Below the pieces are notes generated by a model, which was not told the DNA's origin, did not search any database, and was given only the letters and a program-made list of their open reading frames with translations. This document shows positions 1-12,667 of a stretch of DNA of 48,739 bases, piece after piece. The position numbers were made by a program, and so were the translations under genes. Where the stretch lies: NCBI GenBank assembly GCA_031393555.1, contig JANMVW010000317.1:1-48739 (forward strand), given 5' to 3'. Position 1 is the first letter of the stretch; the number at the start of each line of letters is the position of its first letter. Source of the stretch: Acidobacteriota bacterium (GTDB lineage Bacteria; Acidobacteriota; Polarisedimenticolia; Polarisedimenticolales; DASRJG01).

Positions 1-2604
<2,604 letters not shown>

Positions 2605-2640
2605 TCGTTCTCCAGGTGGCTACCTAGTCGTCATTTTTCG

Positions 2641-2649
2641 TGGTAATAT
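2641..2649 (+). promoter_or_regulatory. Extended -10 element (TGgTAATAT), probable leaderless promoter
   Basis: TAATAT at 2644-2649 is preceded by TG and lies 6 nt before the ATG at 2656. No SD is present. Confidence 0.45.
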
Positions 2650-2655
2650 GACGCC

Positions 2656-3819
2656 ATGGTTAGCACGCCGGTCTACCCTCGCCTCCTGAAACCCCCACGC
2701 GAGAGCTTCTTCCTGTTCGGCGTGAGAGGAGTCGGCAAGAGCACCTGGGCCGAATCCAAGTTCCGCGAGGCACGGCGAGTCAATCTCCTCGACGAGGGCG
2801 TGCATCACAGCTTCCTCGCGGACCCCTCTCTATTCGCGGCCGAACTCCTGGACCTGCGGCGAGGGCAGTGGGTCGTCGTGGACGAGGTCCAGAGAATCCC
2901 GAGTCTCTTGAACGACGTTCACCGCCTCATCGAAGCGCGCGGCCTGCGCTTCGCCCTCCTCGGATCGAGCGCCCGCAAGCTCAAGACCGCCGGGACGAAC
3001 CTGCTCGCGGGGCGCGCCACGTGGAAAACGATGTTTCCCTTGGTTCCCGAGGAGCTTGGCGACGACTTCTCGTTGGACGAGGTCTTGGGCTACGGGAGTA
3101 TCCCGCTGGTGTGGAAGTCGGACGACAAGCGCAAAACGCTCGAAGCTTATGTCCAGCTCTACCTCAAGGAGGAGATCCGGGGCGAGGCGCTGGTGCGAAA
3201 CCTCCCCGGATTCGTCAGGTTCCTTCCGATTGCTGCCCTGTTCCACGGCCAAGTCATCAATGTCGCCGGGATCGCTCGCGACGCGGGAACCGCTCGCACA
3301 ACGGTCGCAGGCTACCTCGACATCCTCGAGGACACGCTGCTCGCCGCGCGCCTGCCCGCCTACGAAGCGCGCCTCAGGGTGCGCGAGAGGAAACACCCCA
3401 AGCTCTACTGGGTCGATCCCGGGATTGTGCGAGCGGTGAAGCGACAACTCGGCCCTGTCGCGGGCGAGGAGCGCGGAACGCTGTTCGAAGGCTGGGTGTT
3501 CACGCTGCTCCGAACGTACGCCGAAGAGCGGGAACTCTACGACGAGATCTTCTACTGGTCCCCTCCCGCGGGCTCCGCGACGGAGGTTGATTTCCTCCTG
3601 CGCCGCGGCCGGGAGTTTCTTGCGATCGAAGTGAAATCCAGCGCACGGTATTCATCCGCGCTCACGTCAGGGTTGCGCGCGATCTCCGACCTTGCACATC
3701 TCGTCCGACGAATCCTCGTCTTCACCGGACCTCGCCCGCTCTCAACACCGGAGGGTATCGAGGTCTGGCCAGTTCGCCGTTTCGTGGAAGCCGTCTCGTC
3801 GGGCGCGCTCTGGCCCTGA
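2656..3819 (+). CDS. AAA+ ATPase, COG1373 type (AAA_14 + DUF4143) with C-terminal PD-(D/E)XK-like motif
   Basis: Walker A GVRGVGKST, Walker B VVVDEVQ, LLGSS, PKLYWVDPG, EVDFLL...AIEVK; 387 aa. Confidence 0.9.
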   Translation: MVSTPVYPRLLKPPRESFFLFGVRGVGKSTWAESKFREARRVNLLDEGVHHSFLADPSLFAAELLDLRRGQWVVVDEVQRIPSLLNDVHRLIEARGLRFALLGSSARKLKTAGTNLLAGRATWKTMFPLVPEELGDDFSLDEVLGYGSIPLVWKSDDKRKTLEAYVQLYLKEEIRGEALVRNLPGFVRFLPIAALFHGQVINVAGIARDAGTARTTVAGYLDILEDTLLAARLPAYEARLRVRERKHPKLYWVDPGIVRAVKRQLGPVAGEERGTLFEGWVFTLLRTYAEERELYDEIFYWSPPAGSATEVDFLLRRGREFLAIEVKSSARYSSALTSGLRAISDLAHLVRRILVFTGPRPLSTPEGIEVWPVRRFVEAVSSGALWP

Positions 3820-3876
3820 TTCAACTCGACGCCCTTCTCGCCGCGATCGCGTATCGTTCGGCACCGGGAGAATTCA

Positions 3877-5580
3877 ATGACCAAGACTCGCTCGATACCA
3901 ACTTGGCGCCTGACTGCACTCCTGATCGCGTTCGGCGCGGCCTGGCCCATCGCCGCCGAAGAAAAGGTCGAGCTCGCGACGATCCACCGCATCAAGGACG
4001 AGGCTTTCAACGATTCGAAGGTCATGGATCACCTCTTCTATCTCACCGATGTGAACGGCCCGAGGTTGACCAACTCGCCCGGGCAGCGCGCGGCTGCCGA
4101 CTGGGCGGTGAAGCGCCTCAAGTCCTGGGGGATCGAGAGCGCCCGCCTCGAGAAGTGGGGGACGTTCGGCCGAGGGTGGTCGGTGTCGCGTTTCACGATG
4201 AGCCTCAGGCAGCCCACGTACGCCCCCCTTTCCGGCGTCCCCCTCGCCTGGTCGTCGGGAACGAAGGGGATGGTGAGCGGCGAGGCGATCTTCGCTCCGC
4301 TCTTCACGGCGCAGGAGCTCGAGCGGAGCGAGAATCGTGACCCGGCGAAGCTCGCCGCGCGGATAGAGAAGTACGTCGCCGAGAACAAAGGGAAGCTCAA
4401 GGGCAAGTTCGTTCTTCTCACGGAGGCGCGGGAGATGGCGCTCCCGACCGATGCGCCGGCGAGCCGTCTCGACGACAAGGGGCTTGCCGAGATCCATGAC
4501 GCTCCCGTGCCCTTCGTCGCGCCGACGGTGGAATGGCCGATCGTGAGTCTCCCCGACGATCCGAAAAAACGGGGGCGGATCCTCGACGCCGCGCCGTTCG
4601 AGGTCGTCTCCGACCTCTGGAAGCGCGTGCGGCACACGCGCGATCGCCTGAACGCCTTCTTCAAAGAGGAAGGGGTGCTTGCCGTCCTCTCCGGTGACGG
4701 CCGTGGGACGGGCGGCATCCTCTTCGCGGAGGCGGGAGGCTCGTGGGAGCCCGGGGCTCCAATTCCGCCGCCCAAGATCTCGATGGCTCCGGAGTCCTAC
4801 GACCGGCTGTGCCGCCTCGTCGAAAAGAAGATCCCGGTGAAGCTCGAGCTCGAGATGGAGGCGACCTTCGACGACACGTCACTCGACGGGATGAACGTCG
4901 TCGCCGAGCTCCCCGGCGGCGCCAAGAAAGACGAGGTCGTGATGCTCGGCGCCCACCTCGACTCGTGGCATTCGGGAACGGGCGCCACCGACAACGCCGC
5001 CGGTTCGGCGATCGTCCTCGAGGCGATGCGGATCCTCAAGGTGTTAGGGCTTCCGATGGACCGGACGGTGCGCGTCGCCCTGTGGACCGGCGAAGAGCAG
5101 GGGATCTTGGGCTCGCGCGGCTACGTGAAGAACCACTTCGCCGACCCCGTCACGATGAAGACCTTGCCCGAGCACGCGAAACTCTCGGGGTACTTCAACG
5201 TGGACAACGGCTCGGGGAAGATCCGCGGGGTCTACCTCCAGGGAAACGACATGATGCGCCCCGTCTTTTCGGCGTGGCTTGCCCCCTTCGAGGACATGGG
5301 AGCGAAGACCATCTCGATCCAGGACACGGGCGGGACCGACCATCTTCCGTTCGACGCCGCCGGGCTCCCGGGATTCCAGTTCATCCAGGATCCGCTCGAT
5401 TATTCGTCGCGCACGCACCACTCCAACATCGACGTCTACGATCACCTGCAAGAGGGTGACCTGATGCAGGCGGCGGCGATCCTGGCGTCGTGTGTCTACG
5501 AGGCCGCGACGCGGCCCGAGCTGCTCCCGCGTAAGCCGATGCCTAGCCCTCTGCCGCCGAAGGGGGCGGAGCCGAAGTAG
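3877..5580 (+). CDS. Secreted M28-family metallopeptidase (carboxypeptidase Q/aminopeptidase-like)
   Basis: Signal peptide; GPRLTNSP, GAHLDSW, GATDNAAG, GEEQG, TDH and THHS metal-ligand motifs. Confidence 0.9.
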   Translation: MTKTRSIPTWRLTALLIAFGAAWPIAAEEKVELATIHRIKDEAFNDSKVMDHLFYLTDVNGPRLTNSPGQRAAADWAVKRLKSWGIESARLEKWGTFGRGWSVSRFTMSLRQPTYAPLSGVPLAWSSGTKGMVSGEAIFAPLFTAQELERSENRDPAKLAARIEKYVAENKGKLKGKFVLLTEAREMALPTDAPASRLDDKGLAEIHDAPVPFVAPTVEWPIVSLPDDPKKRGRILDAAPFEVVSDLWKRVRHTRDRLNAFFKEEGVLAVLSGDGRGTGGILFAEAGGSWEPGAPIPPPKISMAPESYDRLCRLVEKKIPVKLELEMEATFDDTSLDGMNVVAELPGGAKKDEVVMLGAHLDSWHSGTGATDNAAGSAIVLEAMRILKVLGLPMDRTVRVALWTGEEQGILGSRGYVKNHFADPVTMKTLPEHAKLSGYFNVDNGSGKIRGVYLQGNDMMRPVFSAWLAPFEDMGAKTISIQDTGGTDHLPFDAAGLPGFQFIQDPLDYSSRTHHSNIDVYDHLQEGDLMQAAAILASCVYEAATRPELLPRKPMPSPLPPKGAEPK

Positions 5581-5595
5581 ACGCTCCCGGGTCGC

Positions 5596-6600
5596 GTGGC
5601 CCGGAACCATGAGACACTGCGCGCCGTGGCGCGACTTTCATTCGTCCGATCTATTTTGACCCTGGCTCTCGTGACCGTTTGCGCCACGCTTCCCACTCGG
5701 GCGGCTGCTGCCGACGAACTTCTCGCACGCGCTCAAACGGCGTTCACCGAACAACGTTGGGACGACGCCGCGAAGCTCTTCGGCGAGGTCGTAAAAGCCG
5801 ACCCGAAAAGCTCGGTCGGTCAGTTCCGTCTCGCCGTCTCGCTTTTGTACCTGAAGCAGCCTGAGGCCGCCCGCCCACATTTTGACGAGGCCGAGAAACT
5901 CGGTTGGCCGCCCGCCGGCATCGCGTATCGACGCGCGGCCATGTACGCCCAGCTCGGAGACATGGACAAGGCGTTCGCCCTGCTCGACGACGCCGCAGCC
6001 AAGGGCCTTCCGGCCAACTTGCCTCAGGGGCAAGACGCTCTCATGGAGTCCATGAAGGCCGATCCACGCTTCAAGGCTTTCCTCAAGACGCTCGATCGCA
6101 GCGTCCACCCCTGCCGTCACGACCCGCATTACCGCGACTTCGATTTTTGGATCGGCGAGTGGGATGTCCGCCCTCAGGCCGTGCCCGCGAGCGGGCCCGC
6201 CGCCGAGAACATCATCACGCAAGAGTACGAGGGCTGCGTCCTGCAAGAGCATTGGAAGCCGGGGGGTGCCGGCAGCACGGGCGGAGGCGGGTCGAGCTTC
6301 AATATCTACGATGTGACGCGGAAGATGTGGTTCCAGACGTGGGTCGATTCAACCGGCGGTCTGCACGAATACCACGGCAATCTCGACGCGCAGGGGAACA
6401 TGGCCTTCATCGGCGAAACGCCCGGATTGCCCGGCCAACCGGCGAGGGTGCCGACCAAGCTGACCTTCTTCCGCCTGGGTCCGGATCAGGTTCGTCAGCT
6501 GAGCGAAGTCTCGACGGACGGCGGAAAAACCTGGGCGACCAACTACGATCTCCTGTACACGAGGCGGAAACCCGCCGCTCCGGCGACGACCGCAAACTAG
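5596..6600 (+). CDS. Exported TPR protein with C-terminal beta-rich domain (FDFWIGEW type, DUF1579-like)
   Basis: Signal-like N-terminus and helical TPR-like repeats, then CxxxxxYRDFDFWIGEWDV...WFQTWVD...STDGGKTW. Start is uncertain. Confidence 0.65.
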   Translation: MARNHETLRAVARLSFVRSILTLALVTVCATLPTRAAAADELLARAQTAFTEQRWDDAAKLFGEVVKADPKSSVGQFRLAVSLLYLKQPEAARPHFDEAEKLGWPPAGIAYRRAAMYAQLGDMDKAFALLDDAAAKGLPANLPQGQDALMESMKADPRFKAFLKTLDRSVHPCRHDPHYRDFDFWIGEWDVRPQAVPASGPAAENIITQEYEGCVLQEHWKPGGAGSTGGGGSSFNIYDVTRKMWFQTWVDSTGGLHEYHGNLDAQGNMAFIGETPGLPGQPARVPTKLTFFRLGPDQVRQLSEVSTDGGKTWATNYDLLYTRRKPAAPATTAN

Positions 6601-6742
6601 CGGCGCCCCTTCGGGCCCACCCAGGAGAATCCCCCCACCCGGCGGTGAACGTGATTGCACGGGAGCCCGGACCGCCGTACGATCTGGACATGTGGGCGCA
6701 TGGGAAATCAGCCCTAATTAGCGAAAGATCGGAGGACGGGTC

Positions 6743-7570
6743 ATGAATCGATTAGTCGCGGTGCTGATGGCCGTGGCCTTGACCGTCTCGGCGGCGCGCG
6801 CGGCGAACACGATTCAACTCCAGATCGACGGAAGCACCGCCTCGGCGTCCATACAATTGCCTCCGGACATCTCGGTCGAGTTCTCGCTCGCCTTCGAGCA
6901 GGTTTCGGGCCTGTCAGCGCAGAATCTCGGACTCACCGCCGGCCTCGTCGATCCGACGGATGCCACGCTGCTCGCTCGGCTCCCGTCGGGGGCGAGCATC
7001 CCCGCGGCGTTTCCGGTCCTGATCGCGGTCGAGCCCCCCGCCACCGGCTCTCTTTCCTTCAATGGCGTGGTCGCCATCTCGATCCATACGTCGAATCTTC
7101 TCTGGACGCCGGGCACACCCTTGCGCCTGCTTGCCGCCCCGCTCGGCGGAGCCTTCGTCGACATCACGTCCGGCACCAGCGCGGGAAGCTATCGCGCGGG
7201 GGCGAACAAAGGCGGCTTCTCCGAGTTCCTCGTGGTCTCCGACCTGCGCGCGGTCGACACGGTCATCGCGGCGAAATTCGACGGCCTCCAGTCCGTGCTG
7301 ACCCGATACTCGCAGATCATTCCGGCTGGCGTGCGCACGACCCTCCAGGCTCAGCTCGACGCGGCCCGGTCGTCGTATGTCGCGAGCGACCCGCACGGCG
7401 CAGCGGACACGATGGGCACATTTGCGGCGACCGTGCGGGATCACAGCGGTACGGAGATCCCGGATCTCTGGCGCGCCAGCCGCGACGTCGCGGACGTTGC
7501 AGGCGAACTGCGGTCCGGGGCGGCCACCTTGCGCTATAGCCTCCTCCTCAAAGCCAACGCCGGACCCTGA
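6743..7570 (+). CDS. Secreted protein of unknown function (resembles DUF6689 family, from memory)
   Basis: SD GGAGG upstream; signal peptide MNRLVAVLMAVALTVSAARA; motifs IPAAFPVLIAVEPP, GGFSEFLVV, IPDLWRASRD, AGELRSGAATLRYSL. Confidence 0.7.
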   Translation: MNRLVAVLMAVALTVSAARAANTIQLQIDGSTASASIQLPPDISVEFSLAFEQVSGLSAQNLGLTAGLVDPTDATLLARLPSGASIPAAFPVLIAVEPPATGSLSFNGVVAISIHTSNLLWTPGTPLRLLAAPLGGAFVDITSGTSAGSYRAGANKGGFSEFLVVSDLRAVDTVIAAKFDGLQSVLTRYSQIIPAGVRTTLQAQLDAARSSYVASDPHGAADTMGTFAATVRDHSGTEIPDLWRASRDVADVAGELRSGAATLRYSLLLKANAGP

Positions 7571-7587
7571 GTACCACCGGAGGCGGG

Positions 7588-8481
7588 ATGCTCGCCCGGT
7601 TGACCGTGCATTTCCCTCTTCGTCCCGCACGTGCGGCGCTGTTGAGGGGCGAGCAGGACTGCATCGTCGGCCGCGATCCCGAGTGCGATGTCGTTCTCGA
7701 CGACGAACGCGTGTCGCGGAAGCACGCTCGGATTGCGTTCGCGCGCGGCTCGTGGAATCTCACCGACCTCGACAGCAGCAACGGCACCTCGCTCGACGGG
7801 CGCCCCGTCGTGGATGCGGTCATCGAGGGGTCCGCATGGATCGGCTTCGGGGGGCTGTTGGCTCGTTTCGAGCCGACGACCGAAGACAAGGAACGGGACG
7901 AGGCGGCTCACCGCGAGGGACGGTGGCGCAACTCGCTCTCCTTGCAGCGCGAATTGAATCCCGTCCTCGGCGTGCCGAGACTCGTCGAGAGGATCCTGGA
8001 TTCGGTGCTCAGACTCTCGGGAGCGGGGAGGGGATTCGTCCTCCTGGCGCAAGCCGACGGCACGATGGACGTCGTCGCCAGCCGTGGACAGTCCGAGGCC
8101 GAGTCGGGCTCGAAACGGTTTCGCGGAAGCGCCGGAGCGATTCAGCGTGCCATTGAGACCCTCCGGCCCGTGACCGCGTCGGACGCGCGGCTCGATGCCG
8201 CCCTTCAGAATCGTGATAGCGTCGCCGCGGGCGACATCCGCGCTCTTGTTTGCCTGCCGCTGCACGTGGGAGCGCGGGTGCTCGGAGTCGTTTATGCCGA
8301 CAGCCAAGTCGCCGGCACCGCTTTCTCGGAGTTGGACGTGGAGATCCTCGAAGGCCTAGCCTCACAGGCCGGACTCGCGATCGCGGTGGCGCTTCTCGAT
8401 CGCGAGCTCGCAAGCGTGGCGGGGAAGCTCCGCTCGGTCCCGCCCGCCGACCCTGAGCCGCTCGACGGTAACGACCCGTGA
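7588..8481 (+). CDS. FHA + GAF domain protein
   Basis: FHA phospho-Thr-binding residues GR, SRKH and SNGT. C-terminal GAF signature LVCLPL...VLGVVYADS...FSELDVEILEGLASQAGLAI. Confidence 0.88.
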   Translation: MLARLTVHFPLRPARAALLRGEQDCIVGRDPECDVVLDDERVSRKHARIAFARGSWNLTDLDSSNGTSLDGRPVVDAVIEGSAWIGFGGLLARFEPTTEDKERDEAAHREGRWRNSLSLQRELNPVLGVPRLVERILDSVLRLSGAGRGFVLLAQADGTMDVVASRGQSEAESGSKRFRGSAGAIQRAIETLRPVTASDARLDAALQNRDSVAAGDIRALVCLPLHVGARVLGVVYADSQVAGTAFSELDVEILEGLASQAGLAIAVALLDRELASVAGKLRSVPPADPEPLDGNDP

Positions 8482-11400
8482 GCCCCGAATCCGACGAGCC
8501 CGAAAATCAAGGCGGCGGCCGCCCCGGTCCCACACGTTCGAACGCCGATCCGTTACGCCGCCTGGCGCCCGGCTCCCTGCTGAGCGGACGGTACCGGATC
8601 GGCACGCTGCGTGGCGTGGGGGGGATGGGTGTCGTTTACGGCGCCACCGACGAGCAGCTTGGTGTCTCGGTGGCCGTGAAGTTCCTCCGGCCCGAGCTCG
8701 CGGTCGATTCCACGTTCATGGAGCGCTTTCGGCGCGAGCTGATCCTCGGCCGTCAAGTCAGCCACCCCAACGTTGTACGGATTCACGATATCGGCCGGGA
8801 CGGAGACGTCCATTTCCTCACCATGGATCTGGTCGCGGGCAGTTCGCTACGCGAGCTGATCGAACAGCGAGGGCCGCTGGATGAACCGACCGCGATCTTG
8901 ATCCTGCGCCAACTCGCCGAGGCGCTCGGCGCCGCCCACCGCGCGGGAATCGTCCACCGCGATCTCAAACCGTCCAACATCCTGATCGACGAGCAGGGGC
9001 AAGTCCACGTCACCGATTTCGGGGTCGCCGCTTCGTTGGGTTCCCACGGACCGACGCGCACGGGGGAGGTGATCGGGACGCTGGATTACATGTCGCCGGA
9101 GCAAGCACGCGGCGATACCGTCGACACACGAAGCGACATCTACGCTCTCGGCATCGTTTTGTTCGAGATGTTGTCCGGCCGGCTCCCGTTCGCCGGCGGC
9201 TCCGCGGCGGAGTCGCTCGCGCAGCGAATCGCGGGCAAGCGGCGCGACCTGCGAGACCTGGGCGTCAGGGTCTCTCCGCCGGTGCGCAACGTCTTGGCCC
9301 GATGTCTCGTGACCTCGCCGTCGCGGCGGTACCGCTCGACCGAAGAGCTCCTCGCCGAACTCGACAATCCCCGGCGGGCCCGGATCCGGCGTTTTTTGCG
9401 GAGAGCGGCCGTGGTCGCCGCTTTGGCGCTCCTCGGCCTGGGCGCGGTTTGGGGGGTGCTGGCGATAGTGCACCGTCCCGCGGGAAACGCGGCGCGTCAG
9501 GGGGTCGCCGCCGCGGCCCCGCAGAGGACGTCGATCGCAGTCCTGCCGCTGCGCGACGAGACCGGAGATCCGGCCCTCGCTTGGATGTCCTCGGGAATCG
9601 CGGAAATGCTGGCCGATACGCTCGCGCAGAGTCCGAGGCTCCAGGTCGTCGACGGCGCGCGGGTCATTCGAACGGTCGAAGATCTCAAGCTGTCCGGCGA
9701 ATCATGGCCCGACACCGCGTTGGTCAGATTCGGTGAAATTTTCAACTCCGATCGGCTCGTCGTCGGATCCGCAAGGAGCCGGGGCGGCGTGCTGCGCGTC
9801 GATGCGCGGCTGGTCGCGCTTGGTCCCGGCGGCGTGGGCCGTACGATGGCGATTTCCTCCGAGGCCGAAAAACCCGGAGCGCTCGTCGAGGAATTGGGTC
9901 GGGCCATCAGGGCAAGCCTGGACGTTCCGGTTCCGGCGGACGCGGGATCGATCTCCAACTCACCCGCCGCCCTGTCGGCCTACGAGCGCGGAAGCCGGCT
10001 GCTCCTTCGCGGGGACGCGGTGCTCGCCGTTCCCGAGCTGAGGGGCGCCGTCGCCGCCGATCCGGGCTTCGGGTTGGCGTGGCTCCGCCTCGCGGAGGCG
10101 TGCGAAGGGACGGGGCAGACGGAGTGCGCCCAGGAGGCGGTCGACCACGCCGTGAGTTCGATCGGCGGCAGCGAGTCGCGGCTCGGGTATCTCGCGAGAG
10201 CGCGACAGGCGATGCTGCGCGGACGGCCGGAGGCCGCCGAGGGCACTCTGCGCGAGCTCGTGAAGCGATTCCCGGGCGATCTCGAGGCGGCGGTCGCCCA
10301 CGCGGAAGCGCTTGCGCGGGGAGGCCAACTCGTCGAAGCGATGCAAGAGCTCCAGCAAGTGACCCAACATTCGCCGAACCACCCGAAGGCCTGGTTCCTG
10401 CTCGGCAAGTTCGCCATTCTCTCCGGCGACAGCCGCAAGGCCGTCGACGAGTACTTGGTCCGGGCGATGGTCGCTCAGAACATGGTGAAGAGCGATCAAG
10501 GCCGGGCCGACGTTCTCAATGCGCTGGGAGTCGCCTGGCGCGAGCTCGGCGATCTCCAGCAGGCGGAGGACAACTACAGTCGGGCCTCCGAGCTGCGCCA
10601 GCGGATAGGCGATCGGCGAGGCTATGCGACCACGCTGCGCAATCTTGCGCAGATCCGCCTGTCCCGCGGACAACAGGTCCAGGCGGAAAAGACGCTTAGA
10701 GCGGCGATGGAGTTGTTCAAGTCGCTCGACGACCGCGCGGGGCTCGCGGACACCCTGAACGACTTCGGCGTTCTCGAGGAGGGACGCGGCCGTAACACCG
10801 AGGCGCTCGCGCGATACAGGGAGGCGCTGCAGATCCGCCGTGGGGTCGGCGACCGGCGGGGCGAGGCGGAGAGTCTCAACAATGTCGGTTACGCCTACCA
10901 TCTTCTGGGCGAATCCGACAATGCGTCGGCCTACTGGAACCAGGCGCTCGCGGTCCACCGCGAGACCGGCAACCGCGAGGGCGTGATCCTCGTGACGCAA
11001 AGCCTAGGGCAGCTCCAAATTTCACAGGGCCAATGGGACCTCGCGGTGAAGTCGTTCCTCTCGGCGCTGGAAGACAGCCGCGCGATGGAATTGCGATCGG
11101 CCGAGGCGGCGTCGTTGGGGTATCTCGGCAGGCTCGCGCAGTATCAAGGTCGCTACGCGGCGGCCCTATCCTTCTATGCCGAAGCGCTCGGAGCGCTCGA
11201 GGCCCTCAAAGACGCGCACGGTCTTGCGGAGTTCTCGCTGGCACGGGCGGAGAACCTGCTCGAGATGGGGCGCCTCGACGAAGCCGACGCCGACCTCGGC
11301 CGAGCCGGCAGTTACCTCGAGGCGACGCCGAACCTGGAACAGCATGTCGAGTGGCAACGGCTTCGATCGGCGGTCCGCGTCGAGCGCGGGGATTTCGAGG

Positions 11401-11873
11401 GAGCAGCCTCGGGCCTCTCCCAGGCGCGCCGCGAGCTCCGGGGCAACGCGAGCCCGGTCTCGATTCTGGGTCTCGACATCGACGACGGGACGCTGCTGCT
11501 TCGGAAGCGGCGTGTGAGGGAGGCGGCTCGGGCGCTTGAAACGGTCGAGCCGCGCGCCGAGCGGCTCGGCGACATGCCTTTGAAGCTCAAGGCCGCGGAG
11601 GCCGCGGCGCGCGCGGCGCTGCTTGCGGGGGAGAGCCAGAAGTCCGAAAAGCTCGTGGCTCAGGCGCTGCGATGGGTCAACGACTGCGGCACGTGGTCCG
11701 GGACGCACCGCCTGTATCGAATCCAAGGCGCGATCGAGAAGGGACGCGGCAAGACGCAAGCCTCCGAGGCGAGCTTCGCGCGGGCCGCGCTGGAGCTCGA
11801 ACGCATGCAGCAAGGTCTCGACGCGGCGCACACAAGCGCCCTGCGGGACGTCCAGGCCAAGGAGGCATTCTGA
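8478..11873 (+). CDS. Membrane Ser/Thr kinase with TolB-N-like and TPR extracytoplasmic region
   Basis: GVGGMGVVY, VAVK, HRDLKPSNI, DFG, YMSPEQ; TM helix AAVVAALALLGLGAVWGVLAIV; IAVLPL domain; many TPRs (LNALG, LNDFG, LNNVG). GTGA overlap with the upstream gene. Confidence 0.92.
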   Translation: MSPESDEPENQGGGRPGPTRSNADPLRRLAPGSLLSGRYRIGTLRGVGGMGVVYGATDEQLGVSVAVKFLRPELAVDSTFMERFRRELILGRQVSHPNVVRIHDIGRDGDVHFLTMDLVAGSSLRELIEQRGPLDEPTAILILRQLAEALGAAHRAGIVHRDLKPSNILIDEQGQVHVTDFGVAASLGSHGPTRTGEVIGTLDYMSPEQARGDTVDTRSDIYALGIVLFEMLSGRLPFAGGSAAESLAQRIAGKRRDLRDLGVRVSPPVRNVLARCLVTSPSRRYRSTEELLAELDNPRRARIRRFLRRAAVVAALALLGLGAVWGVLAIVHRPAGNAARQGVAAAAPQRTSIAVLPLRDETGDPALAWMSSGIAEMLADTLAQSPRLQVVDGARVIRTVEDLKLSGESWPDTALVRFGEIFNSDRLVVGSARSRGGVLRVDARLVALGPGGVGRTMAISSEAEKPGALVEELGRAIRASLDVPVPADAGSISNSPAALSAYERGSRLLLRGDAVLAVPELRGAVAADPGFGLAWLRLAEACEGTGQTECAQEAVDHAVSSIGGSESRLGYLARARQAMLRGRPEAAEGTLRELVKRFPGDLEAAVAHAEALARGGQLVEAMQELQQVTQHSPNHPKAWFLLGKFAILSGDSRKAVDEYLVRAMVAQNMVKSDQGRADVLNALGVAWRELGDLQQAEDNYSRASELRQRIGDRRGYATTLRNLAQIRLSRGQQVQAEKTLRAAMELFKSLDDRAGLADTLNDFGVLEEGRGRNTEALARYREALQIRRGVGDRRGEAESLNNVGYAYHLLGESDNASAYWNQALAVHRETGNREGVILVTQSLGQLQISQGQWDLAVKSFLSALEDSRAMELRSAEAASLGYLGRLAQYQGRYAAALSFYAEALGALEALKDAHGLAEFSLARAENLLEMGRLDEADADLGRAGSYLEATPNLEQHVEWQRLRSAVRVERGDFEGAASGLSQARRELRGNASPVSILGLDIDDGTLLLRKRRVREAARALETVEPRAERLGDMPLKLKAAEAAARAALLAGESQKSEKLVAQALRWVNDCGTWSGTHRLYRIQGAIEKGRGKTQASEASFARAALELERMQQGLDAAHTSALRDVQAKEAF

Positions 11874-12667
11874 GCGGACGCGAGAAAGATGAATTCCCGT
11901 CGGATCCCGCGCGATCGATCGCCGATCGTCTGCGCGAGATCGCGCGTGAAAACGAAAGGTTGTTCCAGGAGTTGAGCGCGGGCGAGAAGCGCTTCCGGCA
12001 GCTCGCGCGCTCGGTCTGGAGCGTGCAGGAGAATGAAAGGCGTCGACTTGCCCTGGAGCTTCACGACGGGATCGGCCAGACGCTGACCGCGCTCAAGAAT
12101 CAGCTCGAGCGGCTCCGCGCGCCGGGGCGGTCCCGACCGGCGCCTTCGGAAGCGGCGATCGAAGAGCTGATCGCGACGGCGAGCCAGGCCCTCGAAGAGA
12201 TGCGAAGCCTGGCGCGTTTCCTTCGGCCCGCGGTACTCGACGATCTGGGGCTCGAGCCGGCCCTGCGCTGGCTGGCGCGAAATGCCGCGCAGCGATTCAA
12301 CGTCGAGGTGGACTTGCGCGTCTCGGGCCTCTCGGAACGGCTCGGTCCGGAAATCGAAACGTTGGTGTTCCGGGTCGTACAAGAAGCGCTGACCAACGTC
12401 GCCCGGCACTCGGGGGTCGCGCGTGCGGAGGTTGCGGCCACGCGCGAAGACCGCACGCTGCACGTGCTCGTCCGTGACGAAGGGGGGGGGTTCGAACCTC
12501 GGGTGTCGCTCGCCGGGGAGGCCGGCGAAGCCGGTGTCGGACTGCGTGGGATTCGGGATCGGGTCGAGCTGTTCAGCGGAACGCTGCGGATCGACTCGGC
12601 TCCGGGAAAAGGCACCACGATCGCGATCACGGTGCCCCTGGTGGAATCCGGCGGGGACGCATCATGA
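11870..12667 (+). CDS. Sensor-less histidine kinase (HisKA_3/NarX type)
   Basis: H-box ERRRLALELHDGIGQ, N-box QEALTNVARH, DEGGGF, GLRGIRDR. Only a short coiled-coil precedes the H-box. Start proposed at in-frame CTG 11870 after AAGGAGG (11859-11865); TTG alternatives at 11960 and 11972. Confidence 0.85.
   Translation: MSGREKDEFPSDPARSIADRLREIARENERLFQELSAGEKRFRQLARSVWSVQENERRRLALELHDGIGQTLTALKNQLERLRAPGRSRPAPSEAAIEELIATASQALEEMRSLARFLRPAVLDDLGLEPALRWLARNAAQRFNVEVDLRVSGLSERLGPEIETLVFRVVQEALTNVARHSGVARAEVAATREDRTLHVLVRDEGGGFEPRVSLAGEAGEAGVGLRGIRDRVELFSGTLRIDSAPGKGTTIAITVPLVESGGDAS

Noticed and set aside
6604-6617. Small hairpin after the TPR gene as a terminator
   Set aside because: Only a 4-bp stem and no U-tract.
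11672-11869. N-terminal extension of the His kinase as a sensor domain
   Set aside because: It overlaps the Ser/Thr kinase 3' end and has low-complexity, Arg-rich off-frame composition.
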